The notes: a model not told the origin generated them from the sequence alone. DNA of 40,379 nucleotides from Pyrinomonadaceae bacterium (GCA_041748715.1 JBGTCS010000290.1:1-40379); one strand, 5' to 3'. Numbered from the stretch's first letter, positions 8,412-18,132 are shown. Numbers and translations: made by a program.

Positions 8412-9820
8412 CTTTCGACGGCTTCATCCTGACTGTCATCACCGCCTTCGATCTGTAGCCGTTTTATCTTTTCAACCAGCGTTGTTCGCTTCATATTCAG
8501 CAGTTTTGCGGCCTGCATCTTATTTCCGCCCGTTTTATCCAGTGTCTGGAGCAGCAAACTTCGCTCCACCTGCGAGACAACATCTGTAAAATCGATGCCT
8601 TCATCGGGTATTGCCGTCGGTATCAGATTCCCCACCGACTGTATCTGAAAGAGACTACCTTGATTTCTAATCTCTTCTGGCAAATGCTCGAGCCGCACCT
8701 CGGTACTTGCTCCCGAGAATACCGCCGCGCGTTCCATCGCGTTCTGCAATTGGCGGACATTGCCCGGAAAGCTGTAAGAGATCAGCGAATGATAAGCCTC
8801 GTCGGCCAGGGTTTTTGCGGGCAATCCGCTGCTCTGGCAAAACCGCTCGAGTAGACCCTGTGACAGCGAAAGTATATCGTCGGGACGTTCCCTCAGGGCC
8901 GGCACCCGCAGATGAACGACATTCAATCGGTGATAAAGATCGGCACGAAAACTGCCATCCGCGATCTTGCGTTCCAGATCGGCGCTCGTTGCGGCGACGA
9001 CACGGACGTCAACCTTTATCGTTTTTGATGATCCCAACCTTTCAAACTCGCTCTCCTGCAAGATCCTGAGCAACTTGGCCTGCAACGCCAGATTCATATC
9101 GCCGATCTCATCCATAAACAGCGTGCCGCCGTCGGCCATTTCAAAGCGTCCCTTGCGATCGGTCTGGGCGCCGGTAAATGCGCCTTTGACATGTCCGAAT
9201 AACTCATCTTCGAGAAGTTGTTCGGGTATAGCGGCGCAATTCATTGCGATAAAATCGTTTTTGTCACGCGGACTTGTGTGATGAATCGCTTTGGCGATCA
9301 ACTCTTTGCCGGTGCCGGTCTCACCTGTGATAAGCACATTGATCTTATACGGAGCGATTATGTGAACCTGTTCCAGGACATTCAGCATTACGACCGATTT
9401 TGCAATGATCGGGGAATTTGAAATATTCTGGCTCGTCTCGGGCACGACCGGAGCGGTTAGAGCTTCGACAGCCACCTTGACCGCGCTGATCAGATCGTTG
9501 AGAGCGATCGGCTTACATAGGAAATCCGACGCACCGAGTTTCATCGCCTGAACGGCCATATCTATAGACCCGTAACCCGTCATGACCATCAAATAGGTTT
9601 TGGGATTGTGCTTTTGACAGACCGGCAATAGCTCGAGCCCGCTTATTCCCGGCAGGTTCACATCGGTCAAGAGAATATCAAAACTTTCTTTCTCGATCAG
9701 GGTTACCGCTGCTTCGCCGGAGCTCGCACTGTGTAGTTGGTAACCCTCGAGGCTTAGAACTTCAAGCAGAAGAGTCCGAAGGCGCGTATCATCTTCGACC
9801 ACTAGAATTTTAGCTTTCAT
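8408..9820 (-). CDS. Sigma-54-dependent response regulator (NtrC family; FleR/FlrC/FlgR-like flagellar activator)
   Basis: Three domains are recognisable: a REC domain ('KILVVEDD...ILLTDVNLPG'), an AAA+ domain with Walker A 'GETGTGKE' and the GAFTGA motif ('GAFTGAQ'), and a C-terminal Fis-type HTH ('NKMQAAKLLNMKRTTLVEKIKRL'). The start was taken at MKAKILV (9820). The gene is divergent from the sigma-54 promoter of flgB. Confidence 0.9.
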   Translation of the reverse strand: MKAKILVVEDDTRLRTLLLEVLSLEGYQLHSASSGEAAVTLIEKESFDILLTDVNLPGISGLELLPVCQKHNPKTYLMVMTGYGSIDMAVQAMKLGASDFLCKPIALNDLISAVKVAVEALTAPVVPETSQNISNSPIIAKSVVMLNVLEQVHIIAPYKINVLITGETGTGKELIAKAIHHTSPRDKNDFIAMNCAAIPEQLLEDELFGHVKGAFTGAQTDRKGRFEMADGGTLFMDEIGDMNLALQAKLLRILQESEFERLGSSKTIKVDVRVVAATSADLERKIADGSFRADLYHRLNVVHLRVPALRERPDDILSLSQGLLERFCQSSGLPAKTLADEAYHSLISYSFPGNVRQLQNAMERAAVFSGASTEVRLEHLPEEIRNQGSLFQIQSVGNLIPTAIPDEGIDFTDVVSQVERSLLLQTLDKTGGNKMQAAKLLNMKRTTLVEKIKRLQIEGGDDSQDEAVES

Positions 9821-9932
9821 AAATTGACCATTCCGAGACCCGACGCAATTACGCATCCGGATCGGTATTTGAGTGCCGCTAATATTAGATTAAATCTTCG
9901 ATAGCAGGCGTTGATCGCATATGGCAACCTAT

Positions 9933-9962
9933 TATATATGCCTTATCGAGTCAAGGTGTCAA
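9933..9962 (-). promoter_or_regulatory. Candidate sigma-70-type promoter for the activator gene
   Basis: On the minus strand, TTGACA (complement of 9957-9962) is followed by 17-18 nt and then ATATAT/TATATA (complement of 9933-9939). Confidence 0.3.
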
Positions 9963-10056
9963 CAAAATGACATTTTTTTACGATTCGCTGACACACTTTC
10001 ACATAATCTCGCCCGATTACATTGCTAAGTCACTGTGTTTATGCGCTTTGGCAACG

Positions 10057-10072
10057 AGGCACATCTCTTGCA
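10057..10072 (+). promoter_or_regulatory. Sigma-54 (-24/-12) promoter of the flgB operon
   Basis: aGGCAC-ATCTC-TTGCA: GGCAC at 10058-10062 and TTGCA at 10068-10072. GG and GC have the canonical spacing of the TGGCAC-N5-TTGCW consensus. The element ends 26 nt before the flgB ATG. Confidence 0.75.
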
Positions 10073-10097
10073 AATAGTGGAGCCGAGGTTTGTGTAA

Positions 10098-10481
10098 ATG
10101 GATTTCTCAAAAACCGACAGCGTTACTAGCCTGTTGCAGAATTTTCTGGATGTCCAATCAAAGCGGACTCAGGTCGTAGCTGAGAATATTGCGAATGCCG
10201 ATACGCCCGGCTATGTAGCAAAGAAAGTCGAATTTGATGACTTCCTTCGCGAAGCTGCAAATCAGAGTGCTCTGCCCGCTTCCAAGCAAAATCGCGAACT
10301 AACCAATCAGATGCGTGTTGTTGATCAGGAAGTAACGACAATGGGTATGGACGGCAACACGGTTGACGCCGGCCGCGAAATGGCGGAATTGGCCCAAACC
10401 GGAACCAACTTTAATTTCGGAGCAAAAATGCTCCAGTCACGCCTTCGGCTTTTGCGAACGGCCATCCGGGAAGGCAAGTAA
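10098..10481 (+). CDS. flgB: Flagellar basal-body rod protein FlgB
   Basis: 127 aa. It carries 'VAENIANADTPGY' and has the usual FlgB size and position. Confidence 0.92.
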   Translation: MDFSKTDSVTSLLQNFLDVQSKRTQVVAENIANADTPGYVAKKVEFDDFLREAANQSALPASKQNRELTNQMRVVDQEVTTMGMDGNTVDAGREMAELAQTGTNFNFGAKMLQSRLRLLRTAIREGK

Positions 10482-10502
10482 CCCGGTCTCCACAGACTCG
10501 AT

Positions 10503-10958
10503 ATGTCTCTATTTACTATCTTCAAAATTTCATCGCAGGGCATGACATCGCAGCGCGAACGGCTGGAAGCGGCGTCTGCCAATCTTGCAAACGCAAATTC
10601 GACCCGCACCGCTTCGGGTCAGCCATATCAGCGGCGTGATGTTGTCCTGACGTCTCAGGATCTGGCCGAGGAATGGCAGGCAAATACGAGCGGCAGCTCA
10701 CCAATCGACCGATCAGCCGCTCCGCCGCAGGGGGTCAAATCAGAAGTTGTCGTCTCAAACCGAAACCAGTTCGTGCTGCAGTATCAACCCGGACACCCGG
10801 ACGCTGATGCCAGCGGGTATGTCAGATTGCCGGATGTCGATCCGCTTGAGGAAACAGTAAATATGATGTCGGCGGCCCGCTCGTTCGAGGCAAACGCGAC
10901 CGTTTTTAACGTGGCCAAAGAGCTTGCCCGCGTCAGCTTAAATCTTGGCGACGCCTAA
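10503..10958 (+). CDS. flgC: Flagellar basal-body rod protein FlgC
   Basis: 151 aa. 'RLEAASANLANANSTRT...GYVRLPDVDPLEETVNMMSAARSFEAN' is typical of FlgC. Confidence 0.93.
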   Translation: MSLFTIFKISSQGMTSQRERLEAASANLANANSTRTASGQPYQRRDVVLTSQDLAEEWQANTSGSSPIDRSAAPPQGVKSEVVVSNRNQFVLQYQPGHPDADASGYVRLPDVDPLEETVNMMSAARSFEANATVFNVAKELARVSLNLGDA

Positions 10959-10968
10959 TTAAACCAAA

Positions 10969-11268
10969 ATGGCAATAGGAAATATAAATAATTTCTCGCC
11001 GGCTCTGACCGGCGTCGAGCTGCCGACCGGCAGCATCAGCACGTCAGGAGAAGGCTTTGGCTCGCTGATAAAAGATGCGGTGGAATCGATCGATAAATCT
11101 CAAAAAAATGCCGATAACGAAATCTCGAAGGCAGTGACCGGCGATTCGCCGGACATGCATAACACGATCATCGCCCTCCAGACTGCAGATCTGAAATTCC
11201 AGCTCGGGCTCCAGGTTCGGAACAAGCTGATAGGAGCTTTCGAGGAAATCATGAGGATGCCGGTTTAG
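10969..11268 (+). CDS. fliE: Flagellar hook-basal body complex protein FliE
   Basis: 99 aa. It contains 'FGSLIKDAVESIDKSQKNAD' and a C-terminal 'LQVRNKLIGAFEEIMRMPV', and it follows flgC. Confidence 0.88.
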   Translation: MAIGNINNFSPALTGVELPTGSISTSGEGFGSLIKDAVESIDKSQKNADNEISKAVTGDSPDMHNTIIALQTADLKFQLGLQVRNKLIGAFEEIMRMPV

Positions 11269-11347
11269 GCAATTTGCTGCGACGGACGACCCTTATCCGT
11301 AAATGGTTTCCAAGTATACATACAGATATTAGTCCTACTTTCAAAAC

Positions 11348-13045
11348 ATGGCTTCCGCCTTTGAACAACTTAAAGAGATATGGAATCGCCTGCCAATGTC
11401 GGGCCGCATCGCCACTGGCGGCGCAACGCTTGGCACCATTGCATTGATCGGTGCGCTTGTCTATTACGGCTCTCAGCCCAATTACGGCGTTCTGTTTTCG
11501 GACCTCAAACCCGGTGACGCACAATCGATCGTCGAAAAACTGAAAGGCTCGAACGTTCCATACACGCTGGCCAATAACGGAACCACGATCCAGGTACCAA
11601 ACGACAGGATACCGGAACTTCGACTTCAAATGGCGGGCGAAGGCGCTCTGTCGGGCGGCCATGTCGGCTTCGATCTGTTTGACCGGACAAATTTTGGAGC
11701 TACTGATTTTGCCCAACAGGTAAACTTTCGACGGGCGATCGAAGGCGAATTGTCCAAAACCCTCGAAGGCCTGGATGAGGTCGAGACAGCTCGAGTCCAT
11801 ATCACGCCAAAAAAGGAGTCTGTTTTCAGTGAAAAGGAAGAAGGTGCCAAGGCATCGATCGTCCTTCGGGTGAGGCAAAACAAAGAGCTCTCGAGCGATC
11901 GCACCAACGCGATCGTCAGCCTTGTGTCGAGCTCGGTCGAAGGACTCGACTCGTCGGGCGTCTCGGTGATGGACACTTTTGGTCGACAGCTTGCGGCGGC
12001 CAATCAGAAAGGGAACAGCGGCGGAAGCAGCGATGCCGGAGCGTTCAGGGTCCAACTCGAAGCCAAGCAGAAATTTGAAATTGAAAATTCCGCTCGAATA
12101 ATCGCTCTTTTGGAACCCGTTGTCGGCCAGGATCGGGTTAGGGCAACCGTTGCCGCCGACATTGATTTTAGCCAGATCGAGCAAAGCGAAGAAAAATACG
12201 ACCCCCAATCGCAGGTGGTTCGCTCGCAGCAAACTGCAGCCGAGGCCCGCAGTTTTCCGGGTTCACAGACGAATAATGTCGCCGGATCGCGTGCAAACAA
12301 TCCTACGGCTCCAGTACCCGCGGTCACGCCGGCACCAGTCGCTCCGGCCCCAGGCCCCAGCGATCAACGAAATAACGCTACGGTTAACTACGAAATCGAC
12401 AAAGTTGTCAAAAAAACGATCGGGGCAGGCGGCCGTGTCAATCGAATGACCGTGTCCGTTGTGATCGATCACAAGACGGTCGACGGTGTTGAGGTCGCCC
12501 GTACCTCCGGCGAGATATCACAGATCCAGGAATTAGTCGCCGCCGCTATTGGCATTGATCCAAACCGCGGCGATTCGGTGGTGGTTCAGACGATGCCTTT
12601 CAGCAAACCGCAGCTCGATCAACCGTCCGCGACATCGTTCATGGAGGGCAACAAACAGCTTATTTCAACGCTTACAAAATACGGGGCTTTGGTTTTTATC
12701 GCGATCCTATTATTGGCGTTCGTTATCCGCCCCGCCCACAAGGCGCTCAAAGCGGCCGCAGTTGCTAGGAACAATGAGCAAAAGCTCCTATCCGCCGGGC
12801 TTGCTGATGGGGATCGACGAAATTTAGATCTGGCTAGACAACTTGACGGCGAGTCAATGCCCAACCTGACCCCAATGATGACTGTCTCAGAGCTAGAAGC
12901 TCAGATGAATAATGAATATTCCACGATTCCGAACCCCAGGTCCGAACGCGTTGAAAGTATAAGAAAGCAGATCGCCAGCCAAACAATGAATGATACTGAC
13001 ACGGTCGTCAGTACGATGCGTGGCTGGCTGAGAGAGGGCTCTTAA
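11348..13045 (+). CDS. fliF: Flagellar MS-ring protein FliF
   Basis: 565 aa. An N-terminal TM segment precedes 'YGVLFSDLKPGDAQSIVEKLKGSNVPY' and the ring-building motifs. A second TM segment lies near the C-terminus. Confidence 0.93.
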   Translation: MASAFEQLKEIWNRLPMSGRIATGGATLGTIALIGALVYYGSQPNYGVLFSDLKPGDAQSIVEKLKGSNVPYTLANNGTTIQVPNDRIPELRLQMAGEGALSGGHVGFDLFDRTNFGATDFAQQVNFRRAIEGELSKTLEGLDEVETARVHITPKKESVFSEKEEGAKASIVLRVRQNKELSSDRTNAIVSLVSSSVEGLDSSGVSVMDTFGRQLAAANQKGNSGGSSDAGAFRVQLEAKQKFEIENSARIIALLEPVVGQDRVRATVAADIDFSQIEQSEEKYDPQSQVVRSQQTAAEARSFPGSQTNNVAGSRANNPTAPVPAVTPAPVAPAPGPSDQRNNATVNYEIDKVVKKTIGAGGRVNRMTVSVVIDHKTVDGVEVARTSGEISQIQELVAAAIGIDPNRGDSVVVQTMPFSKPQLDQPSATSFMEGNKQLISTLTKYGALVFIAILLLAFVIRPAHKALKAAAVARNNEQKLLSAGLADGDRRNLDLARQLDGESMPNLTPMMTVSELEAQMNNEYSTIPNPRSERVESIRKQIASQTMNDTDTVVSTMRGWLREGS

Positions 13046-13072
13046 GGTCACGATTTTTTTACCAATAGATAT

Positions 13073-14176
13073 ATGTCCGCAGCATCAGCAGAAGAAATAC
13101 CAGAAACTCTAGAAGATCAGGCTCCCCCACCCGATCGGGAAGTCACGATGGCTCTCTCCGTCCGGACGCCCGAGACCGCGTCAGGCGCCAGAAAGGCAGC
13201 GATCCTCTGTCTTTCACTTGGTGAGGAAGCGGCAACAGCACTCTTTAAACAGCTAGACGAAGAAGAAGTTCAAATGCTTTCTAGGGAATTAGCGATGCTG
13301 CCGAATGTTAAATCCCAGATTTCCGATGGCGTGATCGAAGAATTTCATCAGCTCTTGACCGCTCGAAGCTATGTAACCACGGGTGGCGTCGACTATGCCA
13401 AACGACTGTTGGCAAACAGTTTTGGTACAGAGGACGCCAAGCGGCTCACGGACAAGGTCATGCACGCAATTGAATCGCCGGCAAGTTTTGAGTTGCTACA
13501 AAAAACAGATCCCCAGCAGATCGCCAAGCTTTTTCAGTCCGAACATGTTCAGACGATCGCCGTCGTTCTCGCGCATCTCGACGCGGAGACCGCGTCGATC
13601 GTCCTTCAGCAGCTCCCCGAGGCACAACGAAGCGATATTATTCTGCGGCTCGCCAGCCTGCAGACCGTGTCTCAGGATGTCGTAAAACGTATTGCGAATA
13701 TTCTCAATCAAAAATTATCCGCCGTCAGTGGGGCAACGCGGACAAGTGTCGGTGGAGTTCGAGCGGTTGCCGATATTTGTAATCGGCTCGACCGGGAAAC
13801 GATGCGTTTGATGCTCGAAGGAATCGAGACCGGAAACCCTGTGCTGTCGCTCGAAATACGCAGCCTGATGGTCACATTCGAGGATATTCTCCTCATCGAC
13901 GATCCGGGCATTCGAGAGATCATGCAGCGAGTCGATAAAAAGATACTTGCCCTTGCACTGAAAGGCACGATGCCCGAGCTCCAGGACCGATTTTACTCGA
14001 ATATGTCGAGTCGAGCGGTGGAGATGATGAAAGAAGAGATGGATTTCATGGGCCAGGTCAAGCTCAAAGAAGTAACCGCCGCCCAGCGCGAAGTTGTCGA
14101 GGTGTTGCGGCTGCTCGACGAGCAGGGAATCGTAAGTTTATCAGGAGCGGGCGATTCGGACGAATATGTTAGCTAA
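13073..14176 (+). CDS. fliG: Flagellar motor switch protein FliG
   Basis: 367 aa. 'GARKAAILCLSLGEEAATALFKQLDEEEV' is present along with C-terminal torque-helix regions. It has about 35 aa of N-terminal extension. An alternative start at 13148 (MALSV) is preceded by GGGAAG. Confidence 0.9.
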   Translation: MSAASAEEIPETLEDQAPPPDREVTMALSVRTPETASGARKAAILCLSLGEEAATALFKQLDEEEVQMLSRELAMLPNVKSQISDGVIEEFHQLLTARSYVTTGGVDYAKRLLANSFGTEDAKRLTDKVMHAIESPASFELLQKTDPQQIAKLFQSEHVQTIAVVLAHLDAETASIVLQQLPEAQRSDIILRLASLQTVSQDVVKRIANILNQKLSAVSGATRTSVGGVRAVADICNRLDRETMRLMLEGIETGNPVLSLEIRSLMVTFEDILLIDDPGIREIMQRVDKKILALALKGTMPELQDRFYSNMSSRAVEMMKEEMDFMGQVKLKEVTAAQREVVEVLRLLDEQGIVSLSGAGDSDEYVS

Positions 14177-14894
14177 AGTATTAAAAAATCCTAAAGTTGC
14201 TGATTTTAGGCCGTTTCTTGTGCCGGAAATGGGCAATGAGCAGCCTGCCTCAAAGGTTGTGAGTTCCTTTGTTGTTCCGTCGATGACAGAACTGCGAAAT
14301 GACTTTGTCGATGCCGAGCATGAACCGATAGAGGATTGGGACACCGACGCGTTGCTTAATCATGCTCGGGACGAAGCCGACCGGATCATAGCTCAGGCCG
14401 AGGAACATGCGGCGATAATTCAACAGGTAGCAGCCGATAAGGCTGCTTTTGATGCGACCGCAGATATGGCGAGCGAAGCTAATGGTCAGTTGACGGAGCT
14501 TCGTTTGCAGTTAACCCAAACGATTGATTCGGTCTCGGCCCTTTCAGTTGAAATAAAGGCCCGGGCAGAGACCGAACTAGTCGAGCTCGCCTTACAGATC
14601 GCACGAAGGATCGTCGGCCGTGAGGTCACCATCGATCGCGAGATCGCGTTAACGCTTGTAAAGGTTTCGCTTGCCAAGCTTCATAACCGTTCGGTAGCTG
14701 AGGTGCACCTCAATCCCGAGGACTTTGCCTTTGTAAACGCACATCGGGAAAAGCTCGATTACCGCGGCTCTCTCGACCTGGTCGAGGACCGCTCAATATC
14801 ACCGGGTGGTTGTCTGATCCATACCGAAACGGGCGACATTGATGGCCGAATCGAATCGCAATTTGATGAGATATCGCACGGACTTTTCATTTGA
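14166..14894 (+). CDS. fliH: Flagellar export apparatus protein FliH (ATPase regulator)
   Basis: 242 aa. It contains 'ELVELALQIARRIVGREV...' and the C-terminal 'GGCLIHTETGDIDGRIESQFDEI'. It lies between fliG and fliI. Confidence 0.85.
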   Translation: MLAKVLKNPKVADFRPFLVPEMGNEQPASKVVSSFVVPSMTELRNDFVDAEHEPIEDWDTDALLNHARDEADRIIAQAEEHAAIIQQVAADKAAFDATADMASEANGQLTELRLQLTQTIDSVSALSVEIKARAETELVELALQIARRIVGREVTIDREIALTLVKVSLAKLHNRSVAEVHLNPEDFAFVNAHREKLDYRGSLDLVEDRSISPGGCLIHTETGDIDGRIESQFDEISHGLFI

Positions 14895-14903
14895 TCAAAC
14901 AAA

Positions 14904-16211
14904 ATGCTTGCAGCCTATTCGCAAAAATTAGAGAGCATTGATCCGATCCGATCCATCGGTCGCGTGACACGTTCGGTCGGCTTGATAATCGAATCTCAGG
15001 GTCCTACGGTTTCGGTCGGGGATCTTTGCTATCTGCCGACGGCCAACGGTGATCGGACAACGATGCTTGAGGCAGTCGGGTTTCGCGACAACAACGTTTT
15101 GCTGATGCCGCTCGGACAGATGCCGCCGGTGCGGGTTGGCGATTCGATAGTGGCGGCCGGCGTCAGCAGCGAGATCGGCGTCGGCACCCAATTATTGGGC
15201 CGGACGATCGACGCCCTCGGCAATCCGCTTGACGGTCTGGGCGAGATTGAGACAGATATCTCGTATCCGCTGCATCGGAGTACGACAAATCCATTGACTA
15301 GGGCAAATATCGACATGCCTCTCGAAACGGGCGTCCGCGTTATCGACGGAATGCTGACCGTTGGTGATGGCCAGCGGATAGGCATCTTCGGCGGTTCAGG
15401 CGTCGGCAAATCCACGTTGCTGGGAATGATGGCTAAACGATCGGCTGCTGACGTCAATGTGATCGCACTGATCGGCGAACGCGGACGCGAGGTGCGCGAA
15501 TTTATCGAAAACGAACTCGGCGAAGAAGGAATGAAACGCAGCGTTCTGATCGTCTCGACCTCGGACGACTCGGCACTGGTCCGGATACGTGCCGCTCTGG
15601 CCGCTTCGTCAATCGCCGAATATTTCAAAGATTGCGGTTCCAAGGTCCTTTTGATCATGGATTCCGTAACCAGATTTTGTATGGCCCAGCGCGAGATCGG
15701 ACTTGCTGCGGGCGAGCCGCCGTCGTCTAAGGGCTACACGCCGTCTGTGTTCGCGCTCTTGCCGAGGATCCTGGAACGCGCGGGCAAATTTGATAACGGC
15801 GGATCCATTACCGGCTTTTACACAATTTTGGTTGAGGGCGACGATATGAATGAACCTATCGCAGATGCGGTGCGGTCGATCCTTGACGGGCATATCGTTC
15901 TTTCGCGACAGCTCGCTGCCCAGAATCATTATCCATGTATCGATGTTTTAAATTCGGCATCGCGCCTGTTCTCTGTGGTGGCATCCGACGCACACCGCCT
16001 TCAGGCCGGAAAAATTCGGGAACTCATGGCAGCTTACGAAAAGGCCGAAGATCTTATCAATATCGGGGCCTATCAGATGGGCAGCAACCGCAATATCGAC
16101 CTCGCCATCGCCCGTCATGACGAGATCATTTCATTTCTTAAACAGGAACGCGGCGAAGAGGCCCATATTCTCGACACAATCGACCGGCTCACGCAGATCC
16201 AAACAATATGA
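14904..16211 (+). CDS. fliI: Flagellum-specific ATP synthase FliI
   Basis: 435 aa with Walker A 'GGSGVGKST' and Walker B 'VLLIMDSVTR'. The overall pattern is F1-beta-like. Confidence 0.96.
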   Translation: MLAAYSQKLESIDPIRSIGRVTRSVGLIIESQGPTVSVGDLCYLPTANGDRTTMLEAVGFRDNNVLLMPLGQMPPVRVGDSIVAAGVSSEIGVGTQLLGRTIDALGNPLDGLGEIETDISYPLHRSTTNPLTRANIDMPLETGVRVIDGMLTVGDGQRIGIFGGSGVGKSTLLGMMAKRSAADVNVIALIGERGREVREFIENELGEEGMKRSVLIVSTSDDSALVRIRAALAASSIAEYFKDCGSKVLLIMDSVTRFCMAQREIGLAAGEPPSSKGYTPSVFALLPRILERAGKFDNGGSITGFYTILVEGDDMNEPIADAVRSILDGHIVLSRQLAAQNHYPCIDVLNSASRLFSVVASDAHRLQAGKIRELMAAYEKAEDLINIGAYQMGSNRNIDLAIARHDEIISFLKQERGEEAHILDTIDRLTQIQTI

Positions 16212-16669
16212 AAAAGTTCAAATTTACATTGCAGACCGTTCATAATGTCCGCGAGATCCGTCAAGAAAAGGAAAGCATTATCCTCAGCGAACTCCGGGCC
16301 GAGGCCGAACTCGCCGCATCACGGGTCGCCGAGATCAAATCGCAACGCGCTGAGGCCGTCGACAATTACACGCTGCGTCTGAATTCCGGCGAGCCGTTGA
16401 ACACGATGGAGATGGAACTCGTGTCCAACCATTTTTCGTCACTCAATTGCCTTCAAAAAGATGCTGAAAGGATTCTCGAAGAAAAGAATCAGGCTTGCCG
16501 TAAACAGATGGAGCTGCTCAGTGATGCGATGAAAGAAGTCAAAATAACCGATCGCCTGCGCGAAACGCAGAAGTTGAGACACGACCTCGAGTATTCGCGG
16601 CAGGAACAGAACAATATTGACGAGATCGTCTCTGCCAATTATGCGCGGCAAATAATTCAACCAAAATGA
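16208..16669 (+). CDS. fliJ: Flagellar export protein FliJ
   Basis: 153 aa coiled-coil protein. Its ends overlap fliI and fliK (ATGA junctions), and it occupies the canonical position. Confidence 0.8.
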   Translation: MKKFKFTLQTVHNVREIRQEKESIILSELRAEAELAASRVAEIKSQRAEAVDNYTLRLNSGEPLNTMEMELVSNHFSSLNCLQKDAERILEEKNQACRKQMELLSDAMKEVKITDRLRETQKLRHDLEYSRQEQNNIDEIVSANYARQIIQPK

Positions 16670-18114
16670 TCAAAACCATATCATTTGCCAATTTAGACGG
16701 CTTGAATAAACAAAAGAAAGTGAATCTGGATTCCGATCCTGAACCCACCGACTTCGCCGCAGTTTTTGGCATGCCCTTATTTGATGTTCCTGCCCCGTTA
16801 CCGGGGAAGAACGTTTCAAATCTCGACCTTACTCCGAGCACGCCATTTGTGAATGAACAGTCGGATCTGTCGGCAAACATCTTGGAACCAAACTTTCAGA
16901 CGACAATCTTGTCCGCCACGAATACCGTCAGCACAGACGGGTCATCTCTTATACCGTCGGAGCCGAACCCGTCACTTTCGACCATTGAAATACCGGCTGC
17001 AAAGCCACTTACCGACACTAGCACAGACATTCTGACGTCCGCGAAGGGCCAAACATCGGCGAATCATAACCTCGCTTCACTTAATAAAAATGGCACTGAC
17101 AACTTAATGTCTCAATTTCCTGGCGCCCAAAACACGTTCGTCGAACCGAAGTGGGAAAAAAGCGACATAAAGCTAGTTCACGCGGAAACCAATGATGTAT
17201 CAAAAAGCTCGATGGGCGTCCAAACTAAAAATTTGAAAGAAGATCCTATTAATATAGGCGTCCGACCCGACCTCAGAACTTTGCCGCCCGAGATCAACTC
17301 GGGATTAGTATCGGTTGCCGCACTGCAAACGACGGATGGCGAGAACCTTCTCAAATTTCGTCCGGCGCGCTTCGATGCAATTATCTCCGCTGGTGGAAAC
17401 TCACCTCTATTCGGCGAGGTTTCAAAGATCATAAAAGCCGACGATTCCTTAAAGATTAGGAAGGAGTCGAAGCACTCCATACCGCCTGATCTGATCCGTG
17501 AATCGTCTGAAACTGAAGTTTTAGATCTAGTTTCGGAGCCCGAAAAAGTAGATTTCCAGGTTCTGGTTCACCCAGATCCGATCGATATTGACGATCGGCC
17601 TGACGAAACGCCGGTCTTTAGCATTCAGAACTCAAATTCCCGCACCGAAAGATCCGACATGCCGATGCCGGCTGGCCGCGGTTTGCCACCACCCGTGCTG
17701 GAACAGTTAGAACCGCGAATCTTGGAATTGGCCGCAGCAACTCGCTTGGGAAATGGCAAGCGGACGGTAAAGCTGAGACTGAACCCTCAGAATCTGGGTT
17801 CGGTCGAGGTCACACTTGAAAAAAACTCGACTGGGCGAATCGATGCCCATTTTCGAACAGAAACTCGGGACGCTCATCAAATTTTGGGCGAAAGTCTGAC
17901 AAACTTGCGACACTCGTTAGAGAACGCAGGCTGGAGCGTTGGCGAGTTGGAGATTTCTTACAATTCATCCTCGTCCAGTGGCAATCAACAACGCGAGGCA
18001 CCTTTGCAAAGATTTGGTAATACCGAAAAACATGCCGCCGAGACCATAGTTCCCGACGGACATTTAGCAACAGAGGGCGAGAATAAAGATCGCCTGGTCA
18101 ATCTGCGGGCATAA
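16666..18114 (+). CDS. fliK: Flagellar hook-length control protein FliK
   Basis: 482 aa. The N-terminal two-thirds are low-complexity and rich in Ser, Thr and Pro. The C-terminal Flg_hook-type domain reads 'VKLRLNPQNLGSVEVTLEKNSTGRIDAHFRTETRDAHQIL...LENAG'. Confidence 0.85.
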   Translation: MIKTISFANLDGLNKQKKVNLDSDPEPTDFAAVFGMPLFDVPAPLPGKNVSNLDLTPSTPFVNEQSDLSANILEPNFQTTILSATNTVSTDGSSLIPSEPNPSLSTIEIPAAKPLTDTSTDILTSAKGQTSANHNLASLNKNGTDNLMSQFPGAQNTFVEPKWEKSDIKLVHAETNDVSKSSMGVQTKNLKEDPINIGVRPDLRTLPPEINSGLVSVAALQTTDGENLLKFRPARFDAIISAGGNSPLFGEVSKIIKADDSLKIRKESKHSIPPDLIRESSETEVLDLVSEPEKVDFQVLVHPDPIDIDDRPDETPVFSIQNSNSRTERSDMPMPAGRGLPPPVLEQLEPRILELAAATRLGNGKRTVKLRLNPQNLGSVEVTLEKNSTGRIDAHFRTETRDAHQILGESLTNLRHSLENAGWSVGELEISYNSSSSSGNQQREAPLQRFGNTEKHAAETIVPDGHLATEGENKDRLVNLRA

Positions 18115-18132
18115 CCGCGAAAAAGGAGAAAT

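Noticed and set aside
11249-12232. A 327-aa ORF on the minus strand, the longest unexplained ORF in the track.
   Set aside because: It lies entirely antisense to fliF, whose identity is unambiguous. The translated product is rich in Arg, Cys, Trp and Phe, has no recognisable motif, and has no ribosome-binding site. It is most likely a shadow ORF.
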